From NCBI RefSeq assembly GCF_964355755.1, contig NC_092673.1, positions 30,377,648 through 30,441,647 of the forward strand: a stretch of DNA of 64,000 bases, in the 5' to 3' direction. How positions within the stretch are numbered: the first letter of the stretch is position 1; every line of letters starts with the position of its first letter. Shown here one piece after another: positions 49,501 through 61,389 of this stretch. Source of the DNA: Antedon mediterranea (taxonomy: Eukaryota > Animalia > Echinodermata). A model generated the notes under the pieces. That model had not been told where the DNA came from and ran no database searches. It saw nothing but the letters and a program-made list of their open reading frames with translations. A program made the translations under genes and the position numbers.

Positions 49501-52500
49501 TGATTGCTAACTGTCTATAACTTCGCTTGTCATTGGTTAAAACGCTTGCGTTGCGTTTACGTCCTTGCGTTACGTTCTAGTGGGAACCAAGCTTAAGTCG
49601 TTGTGTTGCGTCCTAGTGGGAACCACGCTTTAGTAACTATTATTAGTAAGAAAATACTAATTTAAAGCTTCTGGCATACACACAATATGTACACTTACCA
49701 TCTAATTCTCGTTTCTTACGCCTTTGTGACTTCGATGGACATCCATAGCCTACATTATAGAAAAATTAATAATTTTGACTTTATTAAAATTTAACTAACA
49801 ATTAACAGAGAATATATCATTTTTGGAACATTATTTTACACAGGTTTTATTTTAGGCCCCTATATAACAATTCTATTTTTTTTTAATAAATCTTTTTAAA
49901 GTGGTAGTAGTTGTATTTCTTAAAGTAATAACAATAATGTTTTTGTACCGTCTCGAACGTCAGTTACATGGAACTCTCCATATAGATAAGAATCCGTCAT
50001 GGCAACCAAACCAGAATTTTCAAATACCTCTCTACTATTTGCCCCGCCGCCTGGTCCACAACCAAGATCAAGTTTCGCCATTCTTTGGAACATCTAGCGA
50101 CAACGTAATAAATTTATGGAAATGTGCAGGTTGAATTTTCATAGTTTTCATGGATAAGAAAAGAAAAAGAGTGAGGGAAAATGGTTTTGGAACTGGAGAT
50201 TGATGAAGAAAAAAAATCGAAAAAAATATAGAAACTGATAATGTTTATAATTGTATTAGGACAGGAGAAACTATTATTGTGTCAAACCTTTTTTCTTGTT
50301 AGACGATGGAAGTCCTTAAGGAAATAGACAGATTTGTCAACAGCTAGCAGTGCTACTCTACTATTACTCTCACCGGTAATTATATACTTGGCATTTTCTC
50401 GCGGTGACAGAGTTGCATCTTTCACCTCAATACTTAACTGTAGATCATAAACAATAGAATATTGGGAATAGATGTTTAAAACAATTTTTATAACAATAAT
50501 AATGTTACTACACGCACAGAATGAATGTTTTACTCGATAGCTGTATCGTCTAGTAAAGCGTATGTAAATGAAGGGGGAGTAAGCACAGGTGTGGATCAAG
50601 GCTTGGTGTGGCGGGCACACTACTTTCAGATCCACTAAACCGACAATGCTGCAAAAGGTTTGATTTCACGCAGGCGGGGGCAAACACAATTATTGCAAGG
50701 GCATTTTCTTACGTTGCGTTGGCTGCGTTACGTTGCGTCGCTAGCCCACTAACGACGGAACGCAAGGACATAACGCAATGCAAGTGAATTGACCAATCAC
50801 AAGCGATGGCTTATTTGCTTGTGATTGCTAACTGTCTATAACTTCGCTTGTCATTGGTTAAAACGCTTGCGTTGCGTTTACGTCCTCGCGTTACGTTCTA
50901 GTGGGAACCAAGCTTTACGTTGCGTTTACGTCCCTGCGTTACGTTCTAGTGGGAACCAAGCTTTAGGGGGTATTCTTGTCGAGCAGCCAACAAATAAATC
51001 TCTTACTGAGAGAATAAATAATATATTTAAACAAATGTTTCCTCTTTACATCTGCAACCACCACCACCATTATCCATCATTTATCATCCATCACCAACAA
51101 CACCAACGCCGCCGGCCGCCATCATCATTTGTTAGTATTGTAAATTCAAAATGAAGCAAATATTTAAAATTAGAAAAATTGATAAACTTATAATAAACTC
51201 CAACCTGTGATTTGCATTCCTCCGCAATATCCAATAATATAGAGTCAGATACAACTTTACCATCGACAAAAGCATATATGATTAGTCTTGCATTTGGAAC
51301 CATATCTTTCGTTATAGCAATACGAAGAGTTTTTGTTGCTCCAAGATTGGAATTAAGATCTGAATTATACCCCACAATCTTTCCTCTAACTACCACCTAA
51401 TATGAATTTAAATTAAGAGATGATTATATTGTGTCTGTATCTTGAAAAAAAAATGTAATCAAAACGGGGCTGTGTCATTGTAACCAGTATGAAACGCAAA
51501 AGAATAAATCAGAAGAAGGAGCAATACATGATTACATCTGGAACATTAATGGTTTCCCATGCGGTGGACACCACATACGTCGGCAATGGCACCGAATGCT
51601 GGTAACGCATGGTTGATTTTGGGAGTTAAATAATATTAAATATATTTAATGTGACTTTTAGTCTTAAGTCTTCTTTATTCTCCATCTGTTTTATCCCCAA
51701 TGAAAATAATCGCGGATTATTCATTAGTATGATATATTTATATTCTTTGGAAAGATGTTTTCACAAGGTACATCTGTGGAACCGCACCACAAAGCAAGAA
51801 GCGATAAAGCTATATAATACTGTACTTAGATGAAAAAAAATAACAAATTAAGTTTCTACATTTTAGTTGTCATATTAAAGATAATACACGAAATCGTGAT
51901 TTTCATGACATGCCGATCGGCAGTTGTATACGGTACATATTAAATTATTTAACTTACAATATGGTTCAAACCAACTACATCAACATTTCCAGATTTGACT
52001 ACTTCTAAATCAAAGTTTTGTTGGAATTCCTAAATTAGAATATAAAAAGGCATACCAATTATACTTTAAAGTAATATTAATAGATATTAAATATTTATAT
52101 ATTATTTATTATTAATCATAATTACGCAATTGTGGATTAAACTAAGTACAATGAGCTTGAAATAGGCATAGAATACGTTTGTACAATAACGATACAAAAA
52201 TACATTAGTGGTTTCTGAGATACAGTCTACACTGTAGTATAATTATAATTATATAATTGGTCAGATGTTTTGCTCTACTCTGACGAAATTTGTACTTTAT
52301 ACTAAGTACATTGAGAACCCGTGTAGGTATCTAACCTGTGAGCTCCAGATCTGGCGTTCTAGACCACCGAGCTTGCACTGGTGGCTAAGGGTTAGATTCG
52401 AGACTAAGTAAGAAGCGGGTACTGCAACAACAGGATTCTTTATCAATCCTCTAATAAAGAACATCATTTAGAAAGTTATTTTTATAAGCATACCGTAATC

Positions 52501-55500
52501 ACACCAGGAGGCACTCTTATCTGTAAGTAAGCACCAGTTTCACTGTCTATTGGGTGGATAGTGAACTCAAGAAGTTCATTGGCTTCCTTAGGAAAGTTGT
52601 CATCTAAAGTTTTAATCTAAGAGAAAAGAATAAGGCATTTTAACTAACTTATTTTACTTTCTAAGTGCGTAGCTACATTTAGATTATGAAATATAATATT
52701 GGAAACTCACTGTGACCGAAATTAACTCAGTGTCTTGATTAACATCAACCCGGAAATCCACTTGACCTAGGTTGTCACTTTTCTTTTTTAGTAGAAAGTT
52801 TTTGGTGCCCGTCAGCATTTGCTCAATTCCGTCGCCATTAGTGCCATAAGCTTGGATTTCAGTATTTACTTCTACTGCCGGAGACCCATCGGAATGGAAT
52901 AAATCAATCTGAGAGAAGAAAAAAAAAACGTGTAATAATTATTTAACTTCCAAATAAAATTTGTTATAATTATCGAATTAAGAGATGGATTGAGGAATTC
53001 CTCTCAGTACTAGACGAACATTTGTTTGAATGTTAAAACATGGTTTCCACTTGGACGCAAGTGAGTTGACCAATCAAGTGACAGTTAGCTTCAGTCGAGA
53101 TCGTTGGTGAACAAAAAAACTTACCAGCTGTCGCCAATTTTCTCAATCATTAATAGAAGAATGTTTTAACACTATGTGTCTTTTATACACTTTGTCTAGC
53201 AATTGATTGAATTGTCATTTAAAAGCATTGATACCATAAACAAAATAAATCTAAAGCATACCTTAATATCAAATGTTGTACCTTTCTTGAAGTGACTAAC
53301 AGTTCGATCGTGTTTAAATGTATACACTCGTTCAACAAATTTAGCCCCACTGATCGTTGTAATCTCGCGATCTCCAGTTGATCGTTCAGTAACTACAGCT
53401 TCTATTTTCAGGGTTGCACCTTTGAATATGCTGAACCAGTTGTCGCCATATTTGGTAAAGGGATCTATTGAAAAGGCAGCCGTTCCCTGTGCATTTAACT
53501 GTCAAGAGCGATAACACTGTTTTAAATACTATTTCATCGAGGCCTATCACATTTTGTTCGATGAAGGTTTACAAATTATTTTCCGTTTAATCTATGTACC
53601 GGTAGTGATTTCATTGTACCAACAGATAATAAAAAGCAATTCAGTACCGTACATACAGTGTACGCAAGCGAAAAGATATAGTTTCTTGACGTCTGAGGCA
53701 GAAATCATGAATAATTCATGATATTTTAAAGCCTATACGACATAACAATGGCTTGCGTACTGTATACGTCCAGGTGTCATACTAGGAATAAAACTCGGAA
53801 CATTGTTCAACAGAATTATGATATTGGGTGTCGCTTATAGTTAATAGTACTCGCTTCGCTCGCGTACCACCTAGGTCGTGCCCACAGGTCGTGCCCACAG
53901 ATGGTTCTCAAATCCATAGTAATTTCAGCGTTAAAAAATGGCGATTTCAAATGTATACGTACCGCAGGACAATAATACATGTCGTTTACAGGAACGAATA
54001 AATAGACACGGTAATATATGTACCCAACTAAAATTAGCACCATGGGAATTACTTCCGAAAGAGAAACTTGTCACAAAATGAGACCAATTGTTTGAGGCAA
54101 ATTTAAACAAACTTATTATGTAACATTAGGGTTGAGCTAATTCATACTTAAGTTGGTTCCTACACACCAAAGTTGTTTTGCGTTTAGGGCATGTGAACCT
54201 TCGTACCGTAGGCCTATCTTCTCTGGCTTTACAACGCTACTTATGCCAGTGAGGGAGGTGGGTGTTGGTATGAGTGGTTTAACTGCAATAATAAAGTGTT
54301 GTACATAATAGAGGGCGCATGAAAACGCTAGCTCGTTATCCGTAAAAAAACCTATATCCAACCTCTGCAGCACAGATTGAAAAAAAAATGGATCAAATTT
54401 ACGACGCCTGCAGGGAATAGACACTTGTGGAACAGAGATTGGAATGTCTTCAACATTATGATTCTTATCTGTACTCGAGCTGTTCAACCGTGGGTTTTCA
54501 GCTATTAAGACAAATTATCGTAGGAGGAGATAGGAAAATGCGAAACATCCTCGTATTATTGTGTGCGGGTATTTTTCAAGATAGACATCCACTAGACAGT
54601 GTATACCACGATCGCCAAAACTTCCCTATTTGGCGCAAATCGTTGAACCTAAATTCGTTTTAATTGTCAATAACTAATCATCTAACTCAATTCAATTTGT
54701 AAACAGGGTTACATCAGGTGTTTTAAATCAGTACCGAAAGTACGAACCAACTTTATATTCCATCGAGTAAACATTCTAGAAGTAATACGCGATTTACCGA
54801 ATTTAAATTTATATATAGATACTGCACTTACAGATTTGTGTTCAGGATCAAATTCACCGATAACGTCATCTTTTGTTTTGTTTACAACCCACATTTTTAT
54901 GACAGCGGTACCTCTCACGTTCTTGTTGTACACATACCTAAACAGCCAGTATAGAACCATTAACTATGAAGTTAGCAAATGTCGTTCAGCGAGCCATTCG
55001 CCAATTACATGATGGAAAGACCATTGATTGGACGATTGTGGGTCACATGATAAAAAAATAAGTGCCCTATTTTTACGCTCACATATAGTGGTGTATTCTA
55101 ATAATGATACTGAAGCCATGTGCTATTAACATTTTGCATTTTCTTACTTTGCACTGACAGTCACCGAAATCGTTGAATCTGATTGCAAAATCTGTTTTGG
55201 CCCCTCCATTTTTAGCTCAAATGTCGGCAAAACTGTAAAGAAATGATAGGTTTGAAATGATTAATGTTATTAGTACGTATGCGTGGCAACCCTCGAAAGT
55301 GGGCTACTTTGTCTATAGCAAAAATGTTTCATTGATTCTAGTTAATTCTATACTCGTTTAATGATAAAGTGGCGCATTTCAATTATCTGAACTTACCATA
55401 CTCTCGAAGCTCAAATTTAACTGTGCTATTCCATTCATGCTTAAAAAAAATTATACAATTATAATATTCTAGCTAAATTTCTTACAAAAATATAGAAACT

Positions 55501-58500
55501 ACAGATTTGAACTTCAGCAGATATGTCATTGCAATTAACACACGTAAGTGAAGTGACACAACTTAAATTTAGTTAATTAATGCATAATATGGAATAATAC
55601 ATTAAGGTATATAGCGTCTTAAAAGAAAAAAAAAAACAGATTCAGAAATGTTTGCATTTTGGTCAAAGAATGTAGGCTTATACAGGTAAAAAGTATGTCT
55701 TCACACAGAACAAATAGGCCTATATACTTACGTTTGGGCCGTATGACACAACAACAGACCAAATTCCAAATGTCGGGTACGAAGAGAACTGGTATATTTC
55801 AGTATGATAGCCAGTAATTGTAGTAATGTCTTCAGTCCTCTTGATAATGGCGTCGGTTGGTGTGATAATATCTAATCGAACTATTCTGTCGGTAGGTTTG
55901 AGTTGCTCATTCAAAGAAATCACTCTGATTTTAGCTGTAATACGAAACAGACCAGTGATTATTTAAAATCTATAGAAATGCAATGATTTGAGAACAATAT
56001 TTCAAATTTTAAAGCAGAATGTGAACCCAACACAAAACAGGCAGGTCTACATGTACACACATATATGTACAGTGGCGTAACGGTTATGAGTGTTCATTGG
56101 CTATACCCAGGGGCCCAGAACTTACAGGGGCCCCTGAGCAGTGCCCAGAGTGAAAAAGCCATTAAAATATGTTGAAAAAGGCTAAAAATTTCCGGCCTCC
56201 AGCGTTGGAGGGCCACTAAGGGTTCCTAAACCAAGGGCGTCAGGCATCTGCGTTACACCACTCTATGTACATCATTAGACTACTAACCTTCCTGATCAGG
56301 AGTATAAATGGGTTTGTCGGTCTGGATAAACACAACCTGATTTTTAGTTGTCACCAACGCAGTAACTGTTTTACTAAATTGAAGTATAGGATCGTCAGAA
56401 TATGCTTGAACTCGTATTGTTGGAATTTCTTCATCATCTGGTAGTTGGGCTGGATCCACAATAAAATGAACAATTTTAGGTGTACCTATAGGAATGATAC
56501 ATTAAATTGAATTGTTATGCGTGGACAGCTATAATGATGACGTAATCCATTTGGCAATACGTTGTAAATACATGATGGGTTGATATGCAATTGTAACCGG
56601 CCATCGTTGTTCTGAATATTAGTATAAGTGAAGTTAACTTGGTACGTAATGGCATAATAGATAGCCCAAAATGAAAGAAGACAAGAGAAGACACAAAACA
56701 TCATTATCATGGTCATCACTGTCGTCATCATGATAATATATTGCCATCATAACTAGAGAAGTAACGCAAGGACGTAAGCGCAACGTAAGTGATTTGACCA
56801 ATCACAAGCGCTGGATTATACAAACTGTCGCATGCCATTGGTCAACTTGTTTGTGTTGCGTCTTTGTCCATGCGTTGCTTCTCTAATGGAGGCACGTTTT
56901 AGGTGTGAGAGAGTTGACCAATCACAAGCGACAGTTCGGTTGATCCCTCGCCTGTGATTGGTCAAATTGCATGGTCCAAGTGGGAACGATAAGGTTAACA
57001 TACCTGCTTGAACTTGAATGGTTTTATTAGCCATTACAGTATCTTCACTCGTAAGCAGTTTGACTGTTACATCTATAATAGCATTGCCTGTACCAAATAC
57101 GGCCACCAGTACGTCTTCCGAAACATTAGCCCGAAATATATTAGGCGCAGTGATAAAATAATGTCTACAAATTATTAATACAATACATTTTTTATGAAAT
57201 TATCAATATCTTTATTATTTATTAGTATTAAATGCTAATGAGGATGAACTTAATGAGCCCGTCCACCCGTACAACAACAACAAAAGATTATGAATAGATT
57301 TGCTGTTTTTTCTTTACGCGACACCAATTTTTCACATTTTAAGAGCCATTGTCTGTAAAAATCAAAGATTTGGTGGCAGATGTAAAAAAATGGATTTCTC
57401 TCAAATTTTTACCATGAATAGACATTTCAATAAAAAGCATATCTACAACATTCATTTTAATTTTTAGCCTCCGTTTCCATGACAACGGTCAATTATCCAA
57501 ATTTTGATGTTTTTGCCATTTTTCACAGATTTTCTATAGTGAAAAAGTACAAATTTGTATACTTATTTTAACCAAAAATACTTACAGTATACAGTTTTTG
57601 TTTATAGCATGGTAAACAACATGTATTGAGTTCCATTTAATGTAGAAAAAAAAATTAATTACAAAATGGAGTTTGGTTGATACCATTATTTTAAAAAGGG
57701 GTGTTTTTAAAAAATATTTTTTTTATAAAAGTATACCTCATAAACGTACCTATAACTTCCAAAGTGGTGTTTTTAAATCAATGAGGTTTTTTAATTTGAT
57801 AGTCAATAGGTTTGTCAACAATAATCACGAAAAAAACACTGGGGTAAATTTCGTACATAGGTTTTGTGTTGCCAGGAAAATACGAAAAATACAAAAAATA
57901 TAACTAAATATCAACAAACAAAACACATGAAACACAATTTAAATATGGCTAATCCAATAATAAAATGTATATGTGGCTTGTCATAATGCTACTAGAGTCA
58001 TACGAATAGTTTAGATAAAATAGGAGAATGTGTTGCCAGGTTTATTTCAATTAATTGCCAGAAAAACAGTATTTTGCATTGAAATATTTAGTTGATGGAA
58101 AATAATGTTAAACTTGGAAATAATTACGTCAATGGTTTTTATAAATTTTTAAATCTATTTTGTGTAAAGAGATACAGAAAGACCTCCCAAAAAATCTGAC
58201 CTTGTAAATAGGTCATTTGAGGTCAAAAGGGGTCAGAATGCAAAACAGGACAGGTCCCCAGTTGACTACAACTATTCATGTTTGATCAACATTTACAAGT
58301 AGTTCATAACAATTATCAACAATTTTCATATTTTACCTATAGTGTTACCTTAGCAACCATTTCTATGTGTAACTAAGGAAAGTAATTTAAAAAAAACGTA
58401 AAAAATGGCGTTTTTATTAATACAAAGAATTGATTGCATTTGTAATTTTTCTCAATTTTACTTCTACTGCATTCCATTAATGACAAACTTGACCTTGTAA

Positions 58501-61389
58501 ATTCATTCATTTTGAGGTCAACATTTTACCATAGTAACTGTTTCTAAAATTTCAAAAAAATAAGGGGTTTTTCATAAATACAAAACATTTTTTCTACATA
58601 GTTTTACATTTCTACTTTTTGCCAAATTTACTTTAAATACTGAATCCTAATAATCTCAGAAAGAAAGTCTTGACGAATCTGAATAAAGGTAAAAAAAATG
58701 ACCTTTAGTGTTATCTTAAACCTGTTTACGTAACAAATGATATTTAAAAAAAAAATTAAATATGGAGTTTCATGAAAAAAAAAATTTACATATTGAGATC
58801 AAATGACATCAACATTTTACCTATAGTGTATTGTAGCAACTGTTTCTATACGTAACTAAGTACAATTTTTTTAATATGGGGTTTCATGACTACAAACAAT
58901 TGATTACATAGCTTTACTACCTTTTCCCAAATTTACTTATCTACTGAATCCCAGAAAATGTCTGACCTTGGGAAAGGGTAATTTGTTGGGTCAAGTTATG
59001 TCAAAATGTATTATTTATGTTATCTTAGAACCTGTTTCTATGCGTAACTAAGGATAATTGTTTTTTTAAATACAGTTGAACCTCCCGTAAGTGGCCACCC
59101 TCGGGACCTGGAAAAGTGGCCGCTTACGGGCGGTGACCCCTTACGGGAGGTTCTGCCGATAAAGGGCCAAAATCACTTATTATGGCTATATACGCTATTC
59201 TTAACGAAACGAGCCTCTCAATTTTCCAGCTAATTGTAGGCCTATTATTATTTATAATCAGGTGGTTTAGTATTTTTTAGCATTTTCAGACAAATTTTAA
59301 AAACTTTTATCATATGAAAAATGGTCGGTCAAAATCTGTGTAGTTTTCTCATCTCTTCACAGTAATGTTTTTAAAACCTCTTCAAAATAAAGCTAATATA
59401 TAAAGAAATACAATAAACATGCACCTCTAATTCATAGATCCATGCAATAAGTATCACATTTTTCGATTGGCCGCTTACAAAAAATCTCATTTTTAGTATA
59501 AAAAGGTGCCCGCAGCTGCTTACGGTAAGCACCAAATGCACTAATTAGATAGGAAGAACAAACAGGCTTTTCAAAGTGGGTCCGTCAAGGGAGGTGGTCG
59601 CTGTAAATAAAATATGGGGTTTTCATGAATAAAAATAAGCACAGAAGAAAGTGCTTACGAATATGACCTTGTGAAACGGTAATTTGAAAATGCAAATAAG
59701 GCATGCCTGCTAATAATCTACAAATTTAAATTTGTATGAGATAAATATACAAAATCTAAAGAATATCTCATTTTTAGTTACCATAGTAACTGTTGCTATG
59801 CATAACTAAGGGAAATTAAATAATTATCAGATAATTATTGATTAATAATTAATACTGAATCCAACCATCACAGTAAAAAAAATATAGAATTTAAAACCAA
59901 TATTTAATAATAAAGTGTGATATTTTACATGCTGACCTTAAATGAAATGAAATTTCAAATCAGGGCTTCAATATTTGTTATGTAGCATTAACATACCTGA
60001 GTATATCATTGACTTTTGATTGGTTCTATTTTGGGGAGGGGAAAGTGGTGGATCCAGGACTTTTAAATAGTTAGGGGGTTGAAGGCGAGGGTCTAAAAAC
60101 TTAACTTTATGTCCTATCTTTTGCATTGTAATTTTTAACTTGGGGTGGGTGGGGGCTTGGAGAAAAAGGGAGGGGGTGGGATGGAGGAGTTTGAATCCGT
60201 CTATTCATTGGGGCGATAGTAGCGGCAGTGTGGGTGGTGCTTGAATGCATGCATTTGACACTCTATAGTGGATGATCGACCAAAGTGTTGCAGTTTATCT
60301 TTTTGTGGTTATAGTCGGGGTGGGTGGGGGGGGGGGGGGGAGGGGTGGTAGTCGAAAGTGGTGGTGGATGGGCATGTGGGATCTGCTTAGGTTAGCAAAT
60401 AAAAGAAGTAAACAAATGAAAGAGGAGCTTCAAAATTAGAGGAGTAATCTGTTGCAAAGAATAAAATTCACAACGATCTTATAATTTATTCAAATTTCCA
60501 GAGGATATAACCTATAAAACGACATTAAAACTGGGAATTACAGAATCTATAATTAAAAATTAATTTTTTTCTCACAACACAACTAGAACTATATAAAACA
60601 TTAAGAATTTTTCTGACCAAATCAAATAATCAAAGAAAATAAAATGTTTTTACTAATATACCATGTTTTTTTTTTATAAAAATGCCTATGTTTCTCGCAA
60701 CACTGCTTGTAGATTTTAAATTTACCCCAGTATTTTATTTTAGAAATCAATTATTAAACATTAGAACTACCTATTTGTAATAAATCAGCTAAAAAAATAC
60801 ACCACTTTGGGTGTTATGGTGAAGTAAAATTTAGTTGCATTGAACAATTTAAAAAAAGTGAAAAACACCCCTTTTTAAATAAATGGTATCTCCCAAAGAA
60901 TGAAATAAAAAAAATAAAAAAAATTGAAACAGGTACACAATGCATTGTTATTATGCATACACTAATTATTTTTTATAATTAAATGAACAACACAACAATA
61001 TCGTTCATCAAAGTAGTACCAATATCCATTTTAAAAAACCATAAAAAAGGACAAAATTTGTCAAAAACACAAATTTGGCCGTTGCCATGGAAATAAACGT
61101 GTGAAATAAAAAATACTTCATATTTGATTTCTCTCAACACATATATAGCCATGTGCAAAATTTGAAAGAAATCCATTTTTTTGAGTCTGCCACTTTTTTT
61201 GATATTTCTTTGATTCTTACAGACAATGGCTCTTAAACAGTTGTTAACATAACTCAATATTATTATTAGTATTGTCCAGATTCATTCTCCAAATGTTTAT
61301 GATATCATATTAATAACATTATTAACTTACCCGGCGTTCACAACGTGAAATAGCGCAAGTAGCTCAAGTAAAACTAGCGGTTTAAACAT
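34271..61389 (-). CDS. C3: Complement component C3-like thioester-containing protein (~36 exons)
   Basis: Signal peptide MFKPLVLLELLALFHVVNA (61331-61389); YFITAPNIFR; FIQTDKPIYTP; VALLAVDKSVY; beta/alpha site RRKKR (49709-49723); anaphylatoxin-like module and RSYFPETW; GCGEQ (43074-43088); FYENNTVIHKDM catalytic His (41666-41668); TVEATSYALL; GFSSTSDTAIA; MAIVDVGLLTGF; VFDYYFPEKKCTAFY; C345C domain ending YLIMG...YLLDSASYIEKWP...ENGCVV*. The junctions I checked are GT-AG and in frame. Confidence 0.92.
34428..34524. repeat. (TA)n microsatellite in the last C3 intron
   Basis: ~95 bp of near-perfect TA repeats. Confidence 0.95.
35930..36250 (+). mobile_element. tRNA-derived SINE with Deu/Nin-like central domain (truncated second copy at ~36428-36537)
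   Basis: A box tggccgagcggtt, B-box-like ggtttgagcc, then tcggataaggactataaaccgtaggtcc...gcacttt...agtagggggttacccc. Confidence 0.65.
43502..43660. mobile_element. PIF/Harbinger-type MITE (representative copy of an abundant family)
   Basis: TIR AGCTTGGTTCCC(A)CT, TSD TTA at 43499-43501 and 43661-43663. Related copies near 23.7, 26.7-26.9, 37.7-37.9, 40.5-40.9, 44.2, 45.0, 49.2-49.6, 50.6-51.0 and 56.8 kb. Confidence 0.75.
44330..44945 (-). mobile_element. 3' fragment of a CR1/L2-group LINE in a C3 intron
   Basis: IRPVLEYACAVWSPSLSKAQSDQIEHVQRRAC and, after a frameshift, TLSERREKLSRKFF...HILHSLLP...LPKVRIQRTKN; (TAA)n tail near 44325. Confidence 0.75.
45897..46581 (-). mobile_element. DINE-1-like HINE (non-autonomous Helentron)
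   Basis: Minus strand begins ttacctccgccaaggaggtat, has a (GTTT)n microsatellite, and ends ggcggaggtatg-cactctcggagtg(hairpin)-gctttcttgtt. Confidence 0.75.
47110..47457. mobile_element. Non-autonomous Kolobok-like TIR element
   Basis: TTAA TSD (47106-47109, 47458-47461), TIR AGATGTATTGTCCCCC. Confidence 0.75.
48804..49151. mobile_element. Non-autonomous Kolobok-like TIR element (second copy; partial inverted copy at ~38.25-38.54 kb)
   Basis: TTAA TSD, same TIR and interior as 47110-47457. Confidence 0.75.
53843..54819 (-). mobile_element. Non-autonomous Helitron (copy 3, internally deleted) in a C3 intron
   Basis: Homologous to 24234-25676; 5' A|TC end intact at 54819, 3' hairpin degraded. 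Confidence 0.7.
56070..56262. mobile_element. hAT-like MITE
   Basis: Termini cagtggcgtaac / gttacaccactc with near-duplicated tatgtac flanks. Confidence 0.45.
57343..61232. mobile_element. 3.9-kb non-coding Kolobok-like element with very long imperfect TIRs and internal tandem repeats, in C3 intron 1
   Basis: TTAA TSD (57339-57342, 61233-61236), termini GAGCCATTGTCTGTAA / TTACAGACAATGGCTC, inverted similarity extending ~550 bp, no long ORF. Confidence 0.75.
59073..59603. mobile_element. Tc1/mariner-type MITE nested in the Kolobok-like element
   Basis: TA|CAGTTGAACCTCCCGTAAG... start and ...CTG|TA end, repeated (g)cttacggg motifs; right TIR partly deleted. Confidence 0.55.

Noticed and set aside
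37745-50965. Recurrent palindromic repeats as a CRISPR-like array
   Set aside because: Dispersed, irregularly spaced TIR elements with 3-bp TSDs in a eukaryotic intron context; no cas genes.
34271-61389. Calling the TEP gene alpha-2-macroglobulin or CD109
   Set aside because: Anaphylatoxin-like module, beta/alpha site and terminal C345C domain place it in the C3/C4/C5 class; thioester plus His argues against C5.
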